Assembly (NCBI GenBank): GCA_003344405.1 | Contig: NOWV01000104.1 | Span: 186,001 to 250,000 of the forward strand | Direction of reading: 5' to 3' | Origin: Trichoplax sp. H2 | Lineage: Eukaryota | DNA: 64,000 nt | Part shown: in pieces, positions 55,041 to 64,000 of the stretch | Layout: every line of letters begins with the position of its first letter | Numbering within the stretch: the first letter of the stretch is position 1 | Position numbers and translations under genes: made by a program | The notes under the pieces: model-generated | The model's input: only the letters and a program-made list of their open reading frames with translations | Databases searched by the model: none | Told to the model about the DNA's origin: nothing

Positions 55041-56306
55041 GTAATCAATTATCACGAAAGTAATCTTTGTGACGTATACATTATTTCTCTTAAATTCTAT
55101 ACATGTTTATATGCATGCAATGCTTATGGTTTCCTTAATTGTAACTTCAGTAATCAACAGCGGATGTATCAGCAATCCTTAATTTAAAATTAGATAGACT
55201 AAAATAGTAATTTTCAATTAGTTTAGCTAGATTGTGTCTATCACCTTGAAGGATGCTAAGGTTTAAAATACAATTTCTAAGTTTAGATAAAATACGTAAG
55301 TAGTTTAGCCAAATAAATATTTGTTAAACTATTAATAGGAATTGCTTACCATAATACTGATACAGTAAATTTATTAGGATTGGACTATGTTTAATTCGTT
55401 CTGATGGAGGCTCGTAAGAGTATGAATTTGGTTAATGTCTAATAGACGAGGTGATTCGTGTAGTTAAACCGGTTTTAGGCACCGAAGCCTAAATAAGCAG
55501 CGGCTTCGCCGATAACATATTTAAATGGGATGTGATTTTCTAAAATGTTTGGAGATTTCTCTGGGCTGAATCCTATTGATTACTATTTAGAAATACCAAC
55601 TGATTGGCATTCCAAGTTACAGTAGCGTAGGTTAGAAAACACTCTGAAACTGTGTTGGAAGTTAGGGCTATTCCTAGCTAGCAACATTAATCTACCGTAA
55701 GTATCCAATTTTACTAAAACTCCTGGTGTAAAATTTTGTGAATGGTAACCAAGTTCACAACCGCTGACTCATTGAACCCAGTATCACAGCATTGTTGGCG
55801 TTAATAAACTTGAAGATAATGAAAATATTTATTATGGTATATGTGTATGTTGACGCTATTTCTGTAATTTCTACATATTTCTATCATTTTCAGATAACCC
55901 TCATGATTATGATTCTTAGCTCATTATAGCAGTAAAAGCTATAAGTAGTATTACAGAAAGGTAATCGGTAGAATTTCGTAGTAAAAATCTTGAAAGAGAT
56001 ATCCTCACGGGAATTGAAATAGCAAATTTGTGATACTGTAGATTCCATATTTATTGCAGTTATTTGACTGAAGACTTCATCATAAGTCTGAATATAAATC
56101 CATTAATACTACAGAAATGCTGCTTTTCAATGGAGATAGTATTTTAATGACAGGATAAACTATAGATAAGCAAAGGAAAAGACGCAATTTATAGTGACAA
56201 TTTTCATAACTAGCCTTATCATATACTCGACTAAAGCTTTTGAAACAGTAACTTTGCAGATTCTATTTAGATATTAATTTTGAATTGATATCTTATTATG
56301 AAAGTT

Positions 56307-57777
56307 TAGTAATACCAATCCCAGAAGCGGTGCATATTTAGTATAAGTGATATCAATTAGATGAGGAGAATTGTATATTTATTGGATTAAAGATTTCAGA
56401 AGAATACAGGTATCGTTCATACTCCTATCTGACCATATTTTATGATTTAAGATTTATAATTGCATGCATTTCATTAAATTAAAGCTATAATCGATTTTAA
56501 AGTAATAAATTACTTGGCTGTGTCAGTAAATTAGCTCAACAGATGCGGTATTCTTATAAGTTCTCCATTAAATACCAGTACTTCATTAACGTGTTATAAA
56601 ATAAGGTAGTTTTATTTCTCAAGTTCCCAAACGAGCTCTAATGAATTTTCTAAGCAGTTAACTCAGTTATTAACTGATTAACAAATTGAGTAAGTAATTA
56701 AATGATTAATTTCTGTTATCAAGTCACTTATAACATACTGCTCTACGGATTGCGTACCGATTAGTTAAGCCACTTGATCCAACACGAAACAGCATCACTG
56801 GCTACGCTGACTACAGCATAGCTAAAGCCTCTCGGTAGCAACAGAACCGTACAATCCTAACATTGCTACATTACGTCAAATANNNNNNNNNNNNNNNNNN
56901 NNTAGTAATACCAATCCCAGAAGCGGTACATATTTAGTATAAGTGATATCAATTAGAGGATGAGAATTGTATATTTATTGGATTAAAGATTTCAGAAGAA
57001 TACATGTATCGTTCATACTCCTATCTGACCATGTTTTATGATTTAAGATTTATAATTGCATGCATTTCATTAAATTAAAGCTATAATCGATTTTATAGTA
57101 ATAAATTACTTGGCTGTGTCGGTAAATTAGCTCTCCAGATGCGGTATTCTTATAAGTTCTCCGTTAAATACCAGCACTTCATTAACGTGTGTTAATTCCT
57201 TTTTAGTTCGTTAGTCGGTTGGATAGTCAACTAGTTTTCCAATTGATATTTAATTGTAAAGACTATAATCTTGGGTGCCAAGATTCCTTCAGTATTAAAT
57301 GATAGTAAATCTCTGACTATCTCGTCTACATCATCTGTGACGCTATAATTATACCATAGTATTCGGTCGTTGGAACTGAATTATTTGGTGATATAGCTAA
57401 TCTCGCCTCTTTAAGTTAGTAGGTGGCGTTCTCCGCAAGGATTGGCGTGTGTAGACTACTTTGTCACTAGTGATGTGTGACAACGTGTTATAAAATAAGG
57501 TAGTTTTATTTCTCAAGTTCCCAAATGTGCTCTAATGAATTCTCTAAGCAACTAACTCAGTTATTAACTGATTAACAAATTGAGTAAGTAATTAAATGAC
57601 TAATTTCTGTTATCAAGTCACTTATAACATACTGCTCTACGGATTGCGCACCGATTAGTTCAGCCACATAATCCAACACGAAACAGCATCACTGGCTACG
57701 CTGACTACAGCATAGCTAAAGCCTCTCGGTAGCAACAGAACCGTACAATCCTAACATTGCTACATTACGTCAAATAT
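56307..57777. repeat. Near-identical duplication flanking a 20-N gap (56883-56902); probably two haplotypes
   Basis: 56307-56882 matches 56903-57777 apart from scattered substitutions and one insertion in the second copy. Confidence 0.92.
57190..57482. mobile_element. Polymorphic solo LTR (293 bp)
   Basis: TGT...ACA termini with TSD ACGTG at 57185-57189 and 57483-57487. The other copy shows the empty site atta-ACGTG-ttataaa near 56589. Confidence 0.88.
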
Positions 57778-59932
57778 ATAATTGTAACAATCTGTGATAT
57801 GGAAATACTAGCAGTATGCCATATTTTAGACTTGATTAGTGTATTGAAAGCTACCAACTATTCTGTCCAATCTAAGAAGGTCTAATTTTATAAGATATAT
57901 AATCTAAGTAAAGTAACCAATATTGCCTTAGATTGCCTTATTTTATCTTCAAAAATCATAAACCTAATCCGGAACGCATCAAAAAGTCCGCATAGCAGCA
58001 TCCTCCTTTCATTGTAAATTTTCATAATTAGCAATCTTAGGAGGATTTGATATGCGAGTACATATTGAATCGCTTTTAATTTAAAAGTAATTAAAACTTC
58101 TATAGTCAACAGAATCAGTTATTGTCGGTATAAATTTTCAACAGGCTAGTGTGACTCTAAGATTTTTATTAATTTTATCCTTGCAGCGATGCCAAATTGT
58201 AATTGGCGAAGTTTTATTAGCAGAGACTCGTTCACATTGAAAATTACTCAAGTAAAAAGTGCTAATATTGTTTCACCTAAAATTGATTTAAAAATACGTA
58301 GAGGTCACGAGATTATTACTTCAGGTAATCATTACACTTACTGTGTAAATAATGTAAATTTCTGGTGCTTATGATTATTTATTTTGAACTTCGTTTTCAG
58401 GTAGCTTAGAAAATAGACTATTTGACCTTATGTATCCGTCTGTCTCAGCATGATTCTAGATAAAATAACCATATCCTCTAAAATGTTTCCGTACTTGTGT
58501 CCTTAAAAAAGTATTAATTAATTTTTCTATTCCAAAAACTTATCTCACGAGAATATTCTGCGGTATAAATATAAATAATTATATAAGTATAAACACCACC
58601 AAATGCAATCTTAGCTGTTTTATAGATCCTTTTTCATTTACTTAGTCGATAATTTTTAAGTTTCCAAATCATCAACTTCGAGGTATAGTAATTTTAATTA
58701 ATTTATTCTCATGCAATCTATGATAAAAATATTGCTAAAATTCTAACGTGAGCTTACATCTTGTGATACAAGGCATAACTAATGAAAGTAAATAAATTGT
58801 TATAATGATAATTCTTAATCTAGCTAAAATTAGAATCATTTATGTACGGTAACATCACATGAGTAAATTTCTTACAGCGTATAAAATACTGGTATAGAAC
58901 AGGATTAGGTGTTGCAGGTCAAGTAGAGCTGTTAAAACTAAAACTCTAATAAGATTTCAATTAAGCTCACTTTGATATCTTAATGTAGCTGAGTGTTACG
59001 AGCGGCAACAAGATTGGTGGTATATTAGAGCATGACAGAATCTAATGAAAATTCGAAAACTACTTCAGATAACTCCATCATTCATAAAATTAATAATATT
59101 CACATCATTCTAACAAAACTCTCCGTGTTTCCTTAATAATAATGTGCAAATCTGTTAATATATTCTGAGTAATAGAATGCCTACAGATTATTTCATAGTT
59201 ATAATGTACTATCATTAATTTTATCTGATAAGAGTGCTAGTAACTTTTCGTAACTATTGAAGAAATAGCAATGATTAAGAAATAACTAAAGCATGGCATA
59301 TTTACAATCACGTTTTCTTTATTTCCATTTCTTGCCTCACCGTCATGAATATGTAGAAATAAGGCTATAACTGTTATAATTTTTAGAGCTCTTATATATT
59401 TCTGAGTATAGCTGTATTTAAAATGCAATCACACATTAAATGATCAATCTATCCAAAACTGGTTAATCAGGTTATGCAGTCAATCAGATCAACAAAAATT
59501 ATTGATGGTAAATAACTTATGTAAATTATATAAATTGACCGTAATTCAGTTATAAAGCTTTTTTAGGAACAATCAGACATGAAAACTATGAATTTTGATG
59601 ACTCTACAACGACGCCAATAAATCGCGAAGTTTCATAGAAATATCAGGTAAACAATTACATATACTCATGCGGCGTGACGAATTCAAGATTAGATAGCAA
59701 ATTTACAGTTTACTCTATTAATTATATTAATTATCAGCATTAACAACAGTGTATTTTCATACATGTGTTAAACATAAAATTTCTTATCCGAAGTATTGTG
59801 CTTATAGTATCGTAGATTCCTGATTTTATGCTGAAATTGATGCTATAGCAAAGACTGCTAACATATTAATTTGATGTTAATCAAACAAGACAATTTTTAT
59901 CACAGCAGATGATAATGACTCGATCAATTGAA

Positions 59933-62900
59933 TCATCGTTTGCCAATGTTGACGCCATAAATTGCATCTACTGGCGTAAAGATGATTCCTTGTAGCTGGA
60001 TATTTCTTATCTGACCAGAAAATCCTGATGAAAGTCTATTTTCTGTTTTTGCTGAAATATCTGGTGCACCACCTTAGTATCAAATTTCAAGTAGAATATC
60101 ACTCTTACATTACGCGAACTTTGTAATAGTAGTATTTATCGAGTCGTATCCAAAGCTTTATTCATTGTAAATTATGTAGCTAATTTATTTTCATGTATTA
60201 TTTTACGTTTGCTTTAAATCGTGCAGGGTTATAACCGATATTTTGATCATGATTGCATTTCGATTCCATTTAAAACAAAGATTTTATGGCAAGATATATA
60301 TACATTATCCTTACTGGGAAAACTCCAGTCTTAATCATTGTGACACTGCAGTTTAATTAACTCCTGCTAATGTTACCATTTGAAATGTAATCATGAAATT
60401 ACCAGATATTAGTACGAAAAGATGTTAGTACCTTGAAGTGAAAGATTAGTTAGTAACTATCACGAACTAGAAAAACAAGTACATGCTAGATGCTAGACAA
60501 ATTATTCATCTCTGATAAAAATTTAATTAAATTTTTGTAGTGCTTTTTACTTAATTTTCAGTCGTGGTTTGAATTAAATAACATTATTTTGTGATTATCG
60601 CTGAAATTTTGCTTTACATGTGTAGTGTATTTAGAATATACTGTAACTATATTCTACTCTTAAATATATACATGTTGTATTGCTCTTATATTTAGGCAGA
60701 TCTACAGTCCGCTTACTCTACATTCATATATAGACTACTGTATTTAGTTATTACGGTACTCGCTGTTTTCTACAATCATCTGCTATTTTGTAAACTGTTA
60801 CGGTATATGTTGTATCTAATTCCACAGTCCTATTCTCTGCATGTTCTCTATATTTAAAACTATAAATACCGGCGATTTCTACCTCAGAGTTCGTTAGCTT
60901 CTCAGTTAGTCTTCTAGTTAGTCTCTCGCAGTCTAATACTTCTACTCATTACTCACGACAGCTTGCACGCTGATCTACCGTAACTACCTCACTGTACTTC
61001 ACATTACTAACCTACAATAAAGCATTTTTATAAACCCTTTGGTGTAATAATTGTAAAAGGCGACTAAATCTCAATCCTCAGAGATATTGAACCCTCCATC
61101 ACAACATGTTATTGGCAATTACTGGTTTCAATAAGAATATTATGACTGTTAAACATATAGACTACGAATGCTAACATGTAAGTTTTGTGCATTTCCCGCG
61201 ATTTTATAGGTACATTTAACTAAATGTAGCAACTGATCTACTCCACTATTGTTATCAATATTACTATAAAGCTGCCAGGATATTTATTGTAGGATTATAG
61301 CCAACCGTCTGACAAATACTTCTGCATTTAAATTCTATTTAGGCTTAATAGTATCAGCATTTGTCGAGTTACATACCTATGTAAGCATAATTGGAATTTA
61401 CTGCCAGTCTTGATGGGCCAAGATTGGATGATTTGGATAACTGAGCTTCGAAGTTATCGACAAACATTTTAATGCTAGAGTAACTCCTGTAAGATAAGAG
61501 ATATACATCAGAATTGCTTAGATTCGATTTTTAACCAAGTTTACTCTTCCGAAAAATTCTATAGATATTATAGATAGTATATTATGATATTGTAATTTTT
61601 AAAGATCTTAAGATCTTATACCTAGTCACATTGACTTGATAGTACTTCCCAGTAACGATATTTTGAGATGAAATTAAGTAATTTTCGCGTCCATTAACAT
61701 GCAATCTATTGATGTTATAGAATATAGTACTTTTAGATGAAATCCGAATGCATATGAATAATAAGTAATTAAAAATTTATTAGTATAATTAATGAGGTTG
61801 AAATAGACATTGTTCAGTTCTGTATTAACCTAAGCTCGAGCCTACTTTTTATCAAGGCTATATAGAGATATTTTCCCTCTGATTTCTGGATTGATTAAAA
61901 GACAAATTTTTAGATATTAAATTGAGGATATGTGAAAAAAGTGTCTCAGAATCAGAAATGATCAAAATTAGATAACTGACATTGCTCATTTTACTACACA
62001 AACTACTTCTTTATAGTGTCGAAATATCTCAATGGGATATTCCTAACCAAAAGCTAAAATATTTACTGTATTAACTATTTAGCACAGATGTACGCTCAGT
62101 ACAATCTTAAGATTCCACTTAATCTATAATCACGTATATCCAGTGTCAATCTTTTAATTTTATATATCTCTTAACGATTTCTTTCGACCTTTTAATTTAT
62201 TTGAGAGTAGCACCTCAATAGGATATCAATAATTGGCTACATAATCTACCGTCGGACGAACAGTGATTACTGTAGTCTCTTTATAAGCCCAAGCATTTAC
62301 AATAGTGAATTTAGAATTAAATATATTTACAGTGATAAGTAATAGAATATTAAATGATTATACCCCTCAATCTTACCTGACCAATCCAATATAGGGCACC
62401 TTCTAAGTTTAAGGCATTAAATTCGAACTGAATTTGCTGATATCTGCACAAAAAACAATAATTAATTCTTATGGTGACATGTATTTTCACCTGAAATTCT
62501 TAGACTAACAAAAGTTAAATTGTAATAAGATGTCGATTAAATCGTTGATATGCTTATATTATTAGTTGCAATGCTAAATAATACAGCGCAAGAATATGAA
62601 ACTTACTCATTAATAATATTTACTGAATAGAGCAGGTAACTATACTTTTGGAAATATGGAATATCGTTGTCATTTAGTTGTTTAACTGTCGAGATAAACG
62701 TAAAGCGATAGTGATAAATTTCATCATATTCTTAAATATTTCTTGCATATTCTTTATTTATCGGATAACTATTTATTATTCTTACATCGCTAACTTCATG
62801 AGGAATTTAAAAGTTAGTCAAGTTAACCTTAAAGCTATCTTTAAGTAAAAATGCAAGAATGATGCCTTAACCCTACAGTTAAGTTGTATTTACAGTACTA

Positions 62901-64000
62901 TTTATTACCTTCCCCACAGTCCGATAATCCATAGTATGGCATAGGACATAAGCAATAATGTTGTTTACCGTTTGCTATACATCGTCCATTATTCAGACAA
63001 GGTGATCGGCTACATGGGTTTATTGTCGCAGAATACATTTTCTCGCAGTAATTTCCATAATATTTATCTCTACAGCGACATGTGAAATAACTTTCGTCTT
63101 GTGCAAATTTTTGACATGTACCTCCATTTCTACACACCTGATCTCCTTCACAGGCAGCGCCGCATTTGTCCATTTGATGACTTTCGACTGGCTTACTTAA
63201 GTCTATCTGTTTGTTATTAAATGATAATTGAGAGATACAACCGGAAAATCCATATGGAACTTCAAATAGTGGATTCTGGCTTAAATCGGATAATCCTGCT
63301 AAGAATATCCAGCTAGATAGATCTATTGTTGTACTTTTACCCAAAAAACTACCAAAAGTAAATGCCGGTGTTCCACCGTTAACTACTACCGAACTCCATC
63401 CCCGTTCATACTTTGCTACTATGTGGTACCACTTGCCTTCTTGAATAATAAGTGGATAAACAACCTTACCGGATATTCCAGCAGGGCTACTTTGTGGTCC
63501 ACTTGAATAGTAAAATGTAATGTGCCGATCTTTAACGCCTAGTGAAATATAATGCATTGTCGAGGGTGTATTTTCTGCAAATCCGTTGCTTTGAAATATA
63601 ATCAGACCATCATGAACTTTAGTAGGCTTAATTTTGATGTTGATTTCATGATTGTCAGATGGCCTTAATGCTGAACCAATAAATGCTCCATAGGCTGCAT
63701 TATTAGGATTGCTATTATCAAATCCTGGGAGTATCGATGTTACTGCAATTTATATATAAGACACATATCACATATAGCTTTAGTAACGATCTGAAATATC
63801 GAAAGTAATATCTGCCTGATTATCTCTTAAGAACATAAAATCTTCTCTCGTATTTTCCAATGTAACAATGACTGTAAAAAAAATGTTTAATTTAACCTGC
63901 TATATCTACTTGCAGCCGTGCCGATACATTCCCATATGCATTCGAAACATGACATTCATAAATTCCAGCCATTTCTTGTTTAGGATTTCTAAATTTTAAT
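59933..64000 (-). CDS. Perlecan-like extracellular matrix protein, 3' end: Ig, LamG, EGF, EGF, LamG, stop
   Basis: Exons (minus strand): 63897-64000+ (Ig C-terminus, AGIYECHVSNAYG), 62909-63742 (LamG plus two EGF), 62607-62685, 62377-62443, 61830-61885, 61622-61705, 61377-61486, 59933-60072 (second LamG, ending ...VNIGKR-stop). Phases are compatible. Ig followed by LamG-EGF-EGF-LamG is the perlecan domain IV/V arrangement, but orthology is not established. Confidence 0.75.
60621..61103 (+). mobile_element. Solo LTR (483 bp) in the last intron of the perlecan-like gene
   Basis: Termini TGTAGTG...CATCACA. TSD ACATG at 60616-60620 and 61104-61108. TATAAATA at 60861, AATAAA at 61016. Confidence 0.82.

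Noticed and set aside
47200-59900. Short ORFs at 49736, 53959, 57888, 58189 and 59237
   Set aside because: Short, AT-biased and motif-free. One lies inside a solo LTR, and I found no consistent exon chain for the others.

Overview
AT-rich eukaryotic (animal) genomic DNA with short GT-AG introns. The composition and gene content fit a basal metazoan such as a placozoan (inference only). Genes from left to right: the 5' part of a multi-exon enolase (- strand, truncated by the window edge); an intronless class A GPCR (-); a three-exon divergent class A GPCR (+); an intronless somatomedin-B/Cys-rich class B-like 7TM receptor (+) followed by a decayed tandem paralogue; a large astacin metalloprotease gene (-) whose phase-compatible exons give astacin-TSP1-like-TSP1-CUB-TSP1-CUB-EGF-CUB-CUB-CUB-CAP; and the 3' end of a perlecan-like Ig-LamG-EGF-EGF-LamG gene (-). 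The non-coding DNA holds about nine solo-LTR-like elements (TG...CA termini, 5-bp target-site duplications, no gag/pol). Two of them appear as presence/absence alleles at two 20-N gaps, where near-identical copies flank the gap. All exon models were read by hand from splice signals and reading frame and have no transcript support.
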